The notes under the pieces were generated by a model, which was not told the origin of the DNA, did not search any database, and saw only the letters and a list, made by a program, of their open reading frames with translations. A stretch of DNA of 64,000 bases, from NCBI GenBank assembly GCA_040376705.1, contig JBEIQE010000010.1, positions 246 through 64,245 of the forward strand, read 5' to 3'. This DNA is from Micavibrio sp. GTDB taxonomy: Bacteria > Pseudomonadota > Alphaproteobacteria > UBA2400. Position numbers and translations under genes: made by a program. Positions 38,241 to 47,279 of the stretch are shown here, piece after piece. Position 1 is the first letter of the stretch, and each line of letters begins with the position of its first letter.

Positions 38241-39300
38241 TTACGGGGTGGCGTAGTTATTTTTGTTACGGCCGTGGCGCATTAAACGGGTTATGCGTAT
38301 TTCTAGTATTTCATAAGATATATATGAAATAATCAGTGTTGGCGGCAGGGAAAGAATGGCAAATGCCAACTGACTGTGCTGCTCGAGGGTGGTTGGAAGC
38401 GCCAGTATATACATGCCTTTTTTAACAATCGCCATGACGATTGTTTGCCACAAATAAAAACTGAAGCTGATGCTGCCAAGAAACTGAACTGGCCGAGCCA
38501 GCAGCATATTGGCAAACCAGCCTTGGCCACGGGTAACACCGAGCAGCCCCAGTGTTGCTAACCCGAGAGCTATGAAGAATAAAAGGCCCGAAAAAGGCTC
38601 GGCAATAATATGCTGCAGTTTGAAGTGAGGCACATGTCCGAGCATGCCATTAGCAAGTGAATGCCAAAGTGAAATCGCCGCAAAAAAGTAATAGCCCTGA
38701 CGGCAGGATGATGCCCCTTTTAACAGGGCGATCTAGCAACCCATAGGCAATAGCCATACCTGTAACAAAGCAGGCTGCGCGCAAGTGCTGGCTTAAAAGC
38801 AAAAGCCCTGCTGTGCAGGCGATGATCAGAGCGGCACGTTTGGAGAAGAACTGGCTGCTGATACCAAATAATACAAACATGCTGTAGAAAGCAAATTCAT
38901 AGCTGATCGACCAGGCAGCAGGATGGATGATGGGGAAGGGAAAAATAGGCGGTAAAGCGAGCAGATTGACGGCTATATCAAACGGGGTTGATGGAATGGC
39001 TTTGCTGCTTTGGAACTGGCCAAGAACAACAATAGTAAGAACTGTTACCCAAAGCACAGGGAAAATCCGGGTTGCGCGGTCATATAGAAACTCTAGTGGT
39101 TTGCGCGCCTTTTTAAAGGCGATAGCAATTACAATACCACTAATACCGAAGAAAAGTTCAACCGCGTACTCAAATGTACCAAGGATAAATGCAAGACTTT
39201 GTGAGGCGTAAGTTGGTAAGCCTGAATCAGTCACGTGAAATAGAAAAATCAGAAATGCCAGAATACCGCGCAGGCCGTGGATATAAAGATTACGTGACAA
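38241..39300 (-). pseudogene. acyltransferase family 3 (OafA/YrhL-like membrane O-acyltransferase), frame broken in an A6/T6 run at 38682-38687
   Basis: N-terminal ORF (IHGLRGILAFLIFLFHV, typical AT3 start) and C-terminal ORF (FLGSISFSFYLWQ..V) lie in different frames. Removing one T from CTTTTTTG joins them into a ~350-aa, ~10-TM protein. Confidence 0.8.
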
Positions 39301-39536
39301 GCTGGTTAATCCTTGAAGTTGATATTTGAATTTACATTCATGAGCGCTAAGAAACGCAGCATAATGAGCTGCCTGCGTGGGTTGTAACGCATCAGTTGCG
39401 CGAATAAAAATAAAAAATCATGATTATACATAAGGCCTTCTGCTGGAAAGGCGCAGCAGCTAGGCGCATCATGCCAAGGTATTGTTTTGTTGACGCTTTA
39501 GCTTTTAGCCTAGGAGCAAACTTTAGGTGTTCTGCG

Positions 39537-40085
39537 CTATTGGCTGCTCATGGCATCTATTAAGCCTAGTCGCTCAAGCGCAGCGGATGTCGCCTGGCCC
39601 AGTTCCTGAAGTATCTCAATTTCAGCGTTGGTAGCTTGGCGTGTAACAGCCCAATAGGTGCCAATCGCGCCAATCGGTCCGCTTTGGCGGATGGGTACCA
39701 TAGCCAGGCTTTTTACGAACGTGGACCGATAGGCTGCGGTCAGGATGCGATCATCCTTATTGATATCAGGAATGGTTGTGGGAATCGCGTTCATCATCAC
39801 CCAGCCGCTTACGCATTCGGAAATGGGAAAGCGTTTGCCTTTCCATAACAGGCTGATTGCATCTTCATCTACATAATAGCATTTATCGCCATCTTTCAGT
39901 ACAAAAGTGGCGCCATCGGCCTCAACCAGTGTGCGTGCGGCAGTGCGTACAATTGCTGTTATGGTATTCAGGTCTTGAGCCTGTGCAAGCGCGTCGCGCG
40001 CTTTCTCCATCAGCCCAATGGCGCGGCTGCGCCATTCAGATTCGTGACTGCTATTATCCTGACTGATACGGACGGCGCATTCCAT
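39537..40085 (-). CDS. stand-alone GAF-domain protein (182 aa)
   Basis: The pattern ...IVRTAARTLVEADGATFVLKDGD.CYYVDE...PI..C.SGWV......IPDI..D.R... is GAF-like. No output domain. Confidence 0.7.
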   Translation of the reverse strand: MECAVRISQDNSSHESEWRSRAIGLMEKARDALAQAQDLNTITAIVRTAARTLVEADGATFVLKDGDKCYYVDEDAISLLWKGKRFPISECVSGWVMMNAIPTTIPDINKDDRILTAAYRSTFVKSLAMVPIRQSGPIGAIGTYWAVTRQATNAEIEILQELGQATSAALERLGLIDAMSSQ

Positions 40086-40223
40086 GCCGCACTCCTGCTA
40101 TCGCAAAGAAACTCAAGACTATATCCCGCAAGATACTATATATATTTTGCAATTAAAAGGTTAACTCTTGGTAATGGGCTGCATGCTTATGTAGGCTTTT
40201 TATATTATTATTTCTACTAGAAA

Positions 40224-40256
40224 GTGCGTTGAGTGCGTTGAGTGCGTTGAGTGCGA
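40224..40256. repeat. 9-bp tandem repeat GTGCGTTGA x3.6
   Basis: Read directly: gtgcgttga gtgcgttga gtgcgttga gtgcga, in the gap between the GAF gene start and the esterase stop. Confidence 0.9.
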
Positions 40257-40279
40257 GTATTCTCAAGTTAAGGTAAATC

Positions 40280-41137
40280 TTACTGGCTGCGCTTGAGCGA
40301 GAAAAGCACGTTCCACATCGCCAGATTGGTGTAGGTATAGGTCCATACATCATGCCCCATACCCTCCAGTTCCATGAAGGAGGCGGGTTTGTTCTGCGCA
40401 CGCAGGGCTTCGATGATCTGCCTACCAGCTTCAGGGTTATCGTTACTACCATGCACCGCCAGAATTGGTACATCAGCCGGAAAGCGGCTCGCGTGGGCAG
40501 GTGGCCAGCTACCGCACAGTACCAGCGCCCCTGCAAATACATCAGGATAGCTCTCAATCATGGCATAGGTACCCGAGCCGCCCATGGAATAGCCACTGAC
40601 ATAAATACGGCTGCGGTCGATTGAATAGGCCTCTAGTACCTGCTGTACTGCTGTCATGGCCAGAGGGGCGGCACTGCTGAGCCTCTCTTTAGGGGCAATT
40701 ATATCCCAGCGCGTCCCCTCTGGTGCGATGGGCACGACAATAAAGGCAGGAAAGCGGATTTGTATGGCCGGGTCCAGCGCGTAATACCCGCCATGCATAT
40801 GTCGGCTCGCGCCATGCAGAAGCAGCAAGAGCGGGTACTTTTTGGCAGGGTCATAGTCCTTGGGAGTGTAGAGGTAATACTTGAAATAATAGGGCCGCGT
40901 CTCGGCGAACGAGTATTTAACTTCATAAAGCGAGGTACGATTGAGCATGGGTGGCTGGGCCGGATAGGCAGCCGTGCGCTGGCGAATGGCTGTAATATTA
41001 CGCTCTACCTCCTGCCTTTCAAATGCCACCTGCTCAGGCGCCAGGGTGGCAGGCAGCGATTGCTGGTAAGAATAGCCTATCACGCCGATAAACAGGCAGG
41101 CCGCAAGAGCTATTATAAGGTTGTTAAGCGATAGCAT
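40280..41137 (-). CDS. alpha/beta-hydrolase (esterase/peptidase S9-like), membrane-anchored or secreted
   Basis: N-terminal hydrophobic helix, nucleophile elbow GYSMGG, and a later HG..D and GMGHDVW (candidate catalytic His). Confidence 0.8.
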   Translation of the reverse strand: MLSLNNLIIALAACLFIGVIGYSYQQSLPATLAPEQVAFERQEVERNITAIRQRTAAYPAQPPMLNRTSLYEVKYSFAETRPYYFKYYLYTPKDYDPAKKYPLLLLLHGASRHMHGGYYALDPAIQIRFPAFIVVPIAPEGTRWDIIAPKERLSSAAPLAMTAVQQVLEAYSIDRSRIYVSGYSMGGSGTYAMIESYPDVFAGALVLCGSWPPAHASRFPADVPILAVHGSNDNPEAGRQIIEALRAQNKPASFMELEGMGHDVWTYTYTNLAMWNVLFSLKRSQ

Positions 41138-41301
41138 CCTTCAGCCTGAACCGGGTGTAATAGCGCATGAGTAGGTTAACTACACAGATCTGATCTCTGG
41201 TTATCTTCGTATTACCAATAACTTGAAATTATCCTAACTATAAGGGCGGAATAAAAAAAGCATTTATTCTGTGCTTGGTTGCTTTTATGCGGAGCAATAA
41301 C

Positions 41302-41862
41302 ATGAGTGGTACTGAGCAGCCCAGGTATACGCTTGAGCGCACTGACGCTAATATCGAGGTGCGCCAGTATACAGACCTGATCTGCGCCGAGGTGCATATG
41401 CCGGGCGAGCAGCAGGAGGCAATTAGCCAAGGATTTAAAATCCTGGCTGATTACATTTTTGGCAACAACATCTCCCAGGCCAGAATGAGTGTATCCCCTC
41501 TCGTATCACAGCAGCAGAGGTCAGAAAAAATAGCAATGACCGCGCCCGTAATGCAGCAGGCTTTATCCGATAGCTGGTCGGTGCGCTTTATTATGCCGGC
41601 TGATCATACTCTGCAAACCCTGCCAAAGCCTTGTCATGAGGGCGTCATGCTCAAGGTGGTGCCCGCAGGCAGGTATGCTGTGATAAAATTTTCAGGCCTT
41701 AACAGCACCAGCAATCTTCAAGAACATGAGGCGCAGCTTAAGGCTTATGTTCATGACATGAAGCTGATGACCGAAGGCGAAGTTCTCTACGCATTCTATA
41801 ACCCACCATGGACCCCGCCACCTTTGCGGCGTAACGAGATCATGCTCAGGCTGCAGGATTGA
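41302..41862 (+). CDS. SOUL/HBP heme-binding-family protein
   Basis: YTLERTDANIEVRQY, ...GFKILADYIFGNN...IAMTAPV..., WSVRFIMP... . ATG 41302 is preceded by GGAG. Confidence 0.75.
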   Translation: MSGTEQPRYTLERTDANIEVRQYTDLICAEVHMPGEQQEAISQGFKILADYIFGNNISQARMSVSPLVSQQQRSEKIAMTAPVMQQALSDSWSVRFIMPADHTLQTLPKPCHEGVMLKVVPAGRYAVIKFSGLNSTSNLQEHEAQLKAYVHDMKLMTEGEVLYAFYNPPWTPPPLRRNEIMLRLQD

Positions 41863-41863
41863 T

Positions 41864-43378
41864 ATGGACGCAATCAGCATCCTCTGGTTCAAGCGTGATC
41901 TGCGTACGGCTGATCACTACCCGCTGCAGCTTGCTGCTGCTCATGGGCATGTCATACCGCTTTATATTAATGAGCCAGAGATGTGGCGGCAGCCAGACAG
42001 CAGCCTGCGGCACTGGTGTTTCATTCATGATAGTCTGCAGGCTCTTGATAAGAATTTACAGCGCCTCAGTGGTCGCCTGATTATTCGTGAGGGGCATGCG
42101 CTTGAGGTACTTGCTGCGCTTAGTGAGCAATACCATGTCAGGCAGATATTCTCACATGAAGAGACGGGTAATGCCTGGAGCTACCGCCGTGATAAAGAAA
42201 TTTCTAAGTGGTGCCGTGCAAAGGGGGTGCTGTGGCATGAGCATCAGAGCCATGGGGTAAAACGGCGGCTCGCTGAGCGGGCAGGCTGGGCTGACCAGCG
42301 TAATGCACATATGCGGGCGGATATCATCATGCAGCCGGCCGGCTTACGGGTGCCGGTAGATATACAGTCCGACCCGCTACCAGCCATACCCAAGGGGCTA
42401 GTGCATGCTGATGCCGTATCGGTGCAGGTTGGTGGTAGGGAGGAGGGTTTGAAGGTATTAGGCGGGTTTTTGAAGCAGCGCAGCCGCGAATACTTAACGA
42501 CTATCAGTAAGCCCGGTATTTCTGCCCGTCATTGCTCACGCCTGAGCCCGCATATTGCTTACGGCACTCTTTCTGTACGTGAAATCGAGCAGGCGACTCG
42601 CCACGCCTTTAACAATACAGATGATGTATACTGGCGGCGCGCTTTGCAGGCTTTCTCAAGCCGTCTGGCATGGCGCTGCCATTTTGTACAAAAGCTGGAA
42701 AGTCAGCCAGCGATTGAGACCCAGTGCATGCACCCTGCTTGTGAAGCTCTACGCCCCCGGCAGGGTGACCCGCAGCTGCTCGAGGCCTGGTATAAGGGGC
42801 AAACCGGCTACCTCCTTATTGACGCTGTCATGCGCTCCCTACACGAAAACGGCTGGGTGACTTTCCGCATGCGCGCACTGGTCACATCGTTCGCCAGTTA
42901 TCACCTATGGCTTGATTGGCGTGAGACAGCACCGCTATTAGCGCGTTTGTTTACCGATTATGAGCCCGGCATTCATTACAGCCAGATGCAGATGCAATCC
43001 GGTGTAACCGGCATAAACGCCTTGCGTATGTACAATCCGATCAAGCAATCGCTTGAGCATGTGGCGGATGGCAAGTTCATTTACCGTTATGTGCCCGAGC
43101 TTAAGCACGTTCCGTTAACATGGCTGCACGAGCCGTGGCGCATGCCCAAAGCTCAGCAGGAAAGCGCTGGCGTATTGATTGGTAAAAACTACCCCGTACC
43201 ATTGGCGGAGCACGAGGTCGCTATGGCCAAAGCGCGTGCTGCATTCAAGGCATTACATCATGAGGTCGGGTTTGGTGCAGAGGCACGCAAGGTATATGAG
43301 AAACTCGGTAGTCGCCAGAAACAGCCGAACCGTAAAAAAGTAATGGTGCCGAATAAGCAGCTATCATTCGATATTTAG
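41864..43378 (+). CDS. cryptochrome/photolyase-family flavoprotein
   Basis: 504 aa with N-terminal ILWFKRDLR..DH.PL and a FAD-binding C-terminal half (W.EG.TG.P.IDA.MR.L...GW...R.R..V.SF). Starts 1 nt after the SOUL gene stop. Confidence 0.85.
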   Translation: MDAISILWFKRDLRTADHYPLQLAAAHGHVIPLYINEPEMWRQPDSSLRHWCFIHDSLQALDKNLQRLSGRLIIREGHALEVLAALSEQYHVRQIFSHEETGNAWSYRRDKEISKWCRAKGVLWHEHQSHGVKRRLAERAGWADQRNAHMRADIIMQPAGLRVPVDIQSDPLPAIPKGLVHADAVSVQVGGREEGLKVLGGFLKQRSREYLTTISKPGISARHCSRLSPHIAYGTLSVREIEQATRHAFNNTDDVYWRRALQAFSSRLAWRCHFVQKLESQPAIETQCMHPACEALRPRQGDPQLLEAWYKGQTGYLLIDAVMRSLHENGWVTFRMRALVTSFASYHLWLDWRETAPLLARLFTDYEPGIHYSQMQMQSGVTGINALRMYNPIKQSLEHVADGKFIYRYVPELKHVPLTWLHEPWRMPKAQQESAGVLIGKNYPVPLAEHEVAMAKARAAFKALHHEVGFGAEARKVYEKLGSRQKQPNRKKVMVPNKQLSFDI

Positions 43379-44350
43379 GGCCTGCTTAATCTGGTTGGCT
43401 ACTTCAGTAGCAGCCTGCCAGATTTCTTCAAGCCGGGATGAGTAAGCCCAGTCACTGGTGATTGCTAGGTGGTTATGCATATCAACAACAGGGCCGCTTT
43501 TAAGGCCATGCGCTACAATCGCATACTTCCAGCGATGCAGCTTGGCATAACCTGCCTTCGCTTTATCAAGCTGCAGTAACTTGCAAAGCTCATCAAGCAG
43601 ATGCTTTTCAACCCATAGCGGGTCTGTGTCGATATGCTGTTCGGCCCAGTCGTTATGACTATGGGCAACCAGACATGTTTTACTGGGGTCGCGCCCGGGC
43701 TTATTCGAGTTAACCGTGATCCACTTGATCGGGCTATCATGCACACGTGCACCCAGCCACGGCAAATCAATCGCCTCCTCAAATCCAAGCATAACCGCAT
43801 GGCAGGCCTTCATCGAGACATGCTGTAATACAGGTGGGCATAGGTCTGTAGGTGCCAGAAGTGTACGCACTTGCTCCGGCGGTGCCGTCAGAATTACCCA
43901 GTCATAACTGCCCAGTAAATTGCCATCTGCCTTATTATGGAGCTGCCATTTGCTGTCTCGGTTGATAGGCGCAATTTCGGTATTGAGAATAACGTGGCTA
44001 TCTCTAGCGAGCCATGAGCACCAGCTGTTCATTTGCGGGCTGGCGGTATAATGCTTTTCATCCCAGATGCGTTCCCAACTCCTGGTCGGGCTCAGATTTA
44101 TTATTTTACCAGTGCTATGCGATATCACGCCTTGCTCAATAAGTGGCTGCAGATAGGCTTGAAACGCGGGTGTGCGGGCAGTAAAAAACTGTGCGCCATG
44201 GTCAAACGCAAATGGGCCAGATATGCGTGTGGAACATCTACCGCCTACGCCGCGGGCTTTCTCGTACACAGTTACTTTAGCATGAGAGCCCAGGCTGTGC
44301 GCCAGTAGAAGGCCAGAAAGCCCAGCCCCGATGATCGCTATATTTTTCAT
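43364..44350 (-). CDS. NAD(P)/FAD-dependent oxidoreductase (renalase/amine-oxidase-like)
   Basis: Dinucleotide fold MKNIAIIGAGLSGLLLAH...VYEKARGVGGR. Convergent with the photolyase gene, overlapping it by 15 nt. Confidence 0.85.
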   Translation of the reverse strand: MKNIAIIGAGLSGLLLAHSLGSHAKVTVYEKARGVGGRCSTRISGPFAFDHGAQFFTARTPAFQAYLQPLIEQGVISHSTGKIINLSPTRSWERIWDEKHYTASPQMNSWCSWLARDSHVILNTEIAPINRDSKWQLHNKADGNLLGSYDWVILTAPPEQVRTLLAPTDLCPPVLQHVSMKACHAVMLGFEEAIDLPWLGARVHDSPIKWITVNSNKPGRDPSKTCLVAHSHNDWAEQHIDTDPLWVEKHLLDELCKLLQLDKAKAGYAKLHRWKYAIVAHGLKSGPVVDMHNHLAITSDWAYSSRLEEIWQAATEVANQIKQALNIE

Positions 44351-44760
44351 GCTGTATATACGGCTATTATCGCCAGACAGACCACGACAATTCCTGTAAT
44401 TATAAGCCGTAAGATCATATAGGATTTGTGGATCACTCCGCGCTTCAGGCAGAAATAATCCGCAGGTAACAAGAGTAAAAACAGCAATATCATCGCTAAA
44501 TAAAAGGATTGGTCCATTTGTATGAAGGCTATCCAGCCAAGCAGCGCAATCATGTTAGAATAAATTAACAGTGAGAGATTTTTCCCGAGCGTTAGTCCCC
44601 AGCAGGCGCCTGCCATGAAAGACAGGATAATCAGGGCGTATACGCGTAAAGCCTCAGCCATGGCCGTACTGCTACTCAGGCCGAATGACTGGTCAGCCGC
44701 AACAGCAATAAATGGCAGAGTGCCGGCAAAGGCGAGATACTTTTCTATATTCTGTGTCAT
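44347..44760 (-). CDS. small 4-TM membrane protein, DUF3429-like
   Basis: 137 aa with ...LPFI...YALIILSFMAGACWG... . Its stop overlaps the oxidoreductase start (44347-44350). Confidence 0.5.
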   Translation of the reverse strand: MTQNIEKYLAFAGTLPFIAVAADQSFGLSSSTAMAEALRVYALIILSFMAGACWGLTLGKNLSLLIYSNMIALLGWIAFIQMDQSFYLAMILLFLLLLPADYFCLKRGVIHKSYMILRLIITGIVVVCLAIIAVYTA

Positions 44761-44768
44761 ATGAAGAC

Positions 44769-45746
44769 CTAAATTACATTCTGTAAGAATTTATAATATA
44801 CAGGCAATCCGATCAGAATATTAAACGGAAATGTTATGCCAAGCGATAACGGCAAATAAATTTCGGCCCGTGCTTGCGGCAAGGCAAGCCGCATAGCTGC
44901 TGGTACAGCAATATAGGAAGCACTGGCACAAAGAGTGACAAACAGAAATGAAGTACCAAAGTCGCTTCCTGTAACCCAGCAGATGGCAGTTCCTATCAGT
45001 GCACCGATAATAGGCATGTAAATGCCAAATGCTACGAGCGGCCAGCCTAACTTGAGCAGGTTTTGTTTGTTTCTGGCGACGAGTAACCCCATATCAAGCA
45101 GGAAGAAGCAGAGAAATCCCTGAAAGGGCTTACTGAGGAAGGCGCCGATCTTGTTCATTCCGTTCTGGCCAGTAACGCTACCAATTATAAATGATCCTAA
45201 AAGCAGTAAAACGGCACCGTTAGTCATTACCTCGCGAACTAAATCTCCCGATGTGCTCGCGGATGATTCTTTCTGCTCAAGCCTGCCGGCCAGAATTAGG
45301 CCCGAGCCGATGGCAGGGGCTTCCATTAATGCCAGGATAGCTACAATGTAACCTGCATATATAATATTATTTATTTCAAGATAAGAAACGGCAGCTGCAA
45401 AAGTAACCATGCTTACTGAGCCGTAATGGGCAGAGACAGCAGCAGCATTGGCCCTGTCGAGTTCGGTTGTAGCTTTCAATAGCCAGAAACCGATGACCGG
45501 CTGCATAAATCCGACGCCGATGCCTGCGATAGCCAGCAGAAGCGCATCAATCCCCAGAGCGTCTGATTCTGATAGGGCTACGCCGCCTTTAAAGCCAATT
45601 GCCATCATCAGGTATAATGCGAAATATCTGCTGATGCTCTCTGGTACTGTGAGATCCGACCTTATAAAACCTGCAAATAAGCCCAACAGGAAAAAGAGAA
45701 CGGGTGGCGAGAGCAGGCTCATACTAATAAGTTCAGTGCTAGTCAT
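44769..45746 (-). CDS. SbtA-like (DUF897) sodium-dependent bicarbonate transport family permease
   Basis: N-terminus LLSPPVLFFLLGLFAGFIRSDLTVPESISRYFALYLMMAIGFKGG is characteristic. ATG 45746 is preceded by GGAGG 5 nt upstream. Confidence 0.7.
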   Translation of the reverse strand: MTSTELISMSLLSPPVLFFLLGLFAGFIRSDLTVPESISRYFALYLMMAIGFKGGVALSESDALGIDALLLAIAGIGVGFMQPVIGFWLLKATTELDRANAAAVSAHYGSVSMVTFAAAVSYLEINNIIYAGYIVAILALMEAPAIGSGLILAGRLEQKESSASTSGDLVREVMTNGAVLLLLGSFIIGSVTGQNGMNKIGAFLSKPFQGFLCFFLLDMGLLVARNKQNLLKLGWPLVAFGIYMPIIGALIGTAICWVTGSDFGTSFLFVTLCASASYIAVPAAMRLALPQARAEIYLPLSLGITFPFNILIGLPVYYKFLQNVI

Positions 45747-45837
45747 TTTGACCTCCAGCACCGTGATAGCGAGCACTTTTAAATATGTTAAATTTATAGT
45801 ATTAAAGAGAGTAATTGAATTTACTCATGGATATAAA

Positions 45838-46689
45838 ATGCCTTTTCATGTGGATACCCTTATTCTCAAAAGCTTTGTGGCCATAGCCGAGACGGGAAGT
45901 TTTAGCAGAGCCGCAGAAACTGTCGGCAGAAGTCAATCTGCGGTCAGTCTGCAAATCCAGAAGCTGGAAGAGAATCTGAACTGCGCACTGTTTGAACGGG
46001 GCAAAAACATTGCCCTTACCGAACAGGGGGAAATCTTCCTTGGATACGCGCGGCGTATGATTGAGCTGCAGTGGGAAGCTTTCAGTCGCCTCAACGAGCC
46101 TGAAATGAAGGGAACCATTACCTTGGGCACGCCTGAGGATTTTGCAACGCATTATCTCCCAGCCATCCTTGCCAGCTTTGCCAAACAGCATCCTCGGGTG
46201 CAATTACATGTGGTCTGCGATCTTACGTTAAATCTGGTCAAACAGTTTAATCAGGGGCATCTCGACCTGATACTGGTTAAGCGAGACCCGGAACGGGTTA
46301 AGGGCGGTACGAAAGTCTGGAAAGAGCCGCTTGTATGGGTAGCTTCCGAACATTACGAATCTAACGCACCTATAAAACTCGTTCTTGCGCCACAACCTTG
46401 TATTTATAGGGCGCGTGCACTGGCAGCACTCGATAGGTCGAGGAAAAGCTGGGAGATTGTTTATACCAGCCCCAGCCTTGCCGGCTCCATTGCTGCGGTA
46501 AGGGCTGGCCTTGGAATTACAATCTTGCCGGCGCGCATGGTTCCGGCAGGCTTAAACGTTGTCACAACTTCGCTCAAACTTCCCCATCTTGCCGATTCTG
46601 AAATCGCATTACTTAAAAAAGATAATCTATCCGTAGCCGGAAAGGCTCTCTTCAGCCACATAACATCCTGTCTGGAGAACCATGGCTGA
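45838..46689 (+). CDS. LysR-family transcriptional regulator
   Basis: HTH LKSFVAIAETGSFSRAAETVGRSQSAVSLQIQKLEE. Divergent from the SbtA-like gene across a 91-nt gap that contains TTAAATATGTTAA (T-N11-A dyad, 45779-45791). Confidence 0.9.
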   Translation: MPFHVDTLILKSFVAIAETGSFSRAAETVGRSQSAVSLQIQKLEENLNCALFERGKNIALTEQGEIFLGYARRMIELQWEAFSRLNEPEMKGTITLGTPEDFATHYLPAILASFAKQHPRVQLHVVCDLTLNLVKQFNQGHLDLILVKRDPERVKGGTKVWKEPLVWVASEHYESNAPIKLVLAPQPCIYRARALAALDRSRKSWEIVYTSPSLAGSIAAVRAGLGITILPARMVPAGLNVVTTSLKLPHLADSEIALLKKDNLSVAGKALFSHITSCLENHG

Positions 46690-46865
46690 TGGCTGCAGCT
46701 CCGACCCAGCTTATTTGCAAAACTCATCATAATACTTTATTAATTGATAATACCAATATTATCCGAAACGGCTTGCGAAGCAGGGCAGTGCTACACTATA
46801 TCTAAGTTATGAAGCGGGCCGGGCCCCTCTGGTAATGGAAATGTATATTTCTATTACGATGTCGG

Positions 46866-46894
46866 ACCGCATCGGGAGTATTCCCGGTGTCGGT
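46866..46894 (+). promoter_or_regulatory. imperfect ~12-bp hairpin in the untranslated region upstream of the small ORF
   Basis: accgcatcggga-gtat-tcccggtgtcggt, with one bulge. Function unknown. Confidence 0.3.
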
Positions 46895-46951
46895 TTCTAT
46901 TGAAAAACTGCCACCTGGAACTCCTGAACGTGTAACGCGAAGGAGGAAAAC

Positions 46952-47158
46952 ATGTCAGTTAAGCTTCTAAAGTCACTTCTTTTCAAGATCAGTCAAATTC
47001 AGATGCAGATAGAGCGTGAGCAGCAGCGTCCACGTGCTGACTGGCTGCGCTTGTTGAGGCTTAAGAAAGTCCGGCTGCTGCTTAGCGAGAGACTTTATCT
47101 TATGTTTGGTATTCCGCCACACCGGCTACAGCCGTGCAGAGTCAACCAGAGGCGTTGA
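46952..47158 (+). CDS. small protein (68 aa), DUF465/YdcH-like C-terminal helix
   Basis: Strong SD AAGGAGG with 5-nt spacing. ...RADWLRLLRLKKVRLLLSERL resembles the ...KK.KL.LKD.. end of YdcH-type proteins. Confidence 0.45.
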   Translation: MSVKLLKSLLFKISQIQMQIEREQQRPRADWLRLLRLKKVRLLLSERLYLMFGIPPHRLQPCRVNQRR

Positions 47159-47224
47159 GCGTGGTTACTGAGCCCTCACGATAACAAGCATGGATTGTTT
47201 ATCGGGCCAGTGTTCGTCGTTGTG

Positions 47225-47251
47225 AGGCGTCCCGCCTGGTGCGGGACGTCT
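47225..47251 (+). promoter_or_regulatory. GC-rich hairpin in the terC leader
   Basis: 8 perfect bp cgtcccgc/gcgggacg (extendable to 11 with a G-U pair), loop ctggt. Ends 29 nt before the TerC ATG and has no U-tract, so it is not a classical terminator. Confidence 0.4.
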
Positions 47252-47279
47252 TGAATAAACCAGATATCGGAAAAGCATT

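Noticed and set aside
46690-47279. yybP-ykoY (Mn) riboswitch upstream of the TerC genes.
   Set aside because: I could not find the conserved GGGGAGUAG and UUGACAUA / GCAAGACC core elements. Only partial look-alikes (CGGGAGUAU, CUUGAAUAA) are present. An Infernal scan is needed to be sure.
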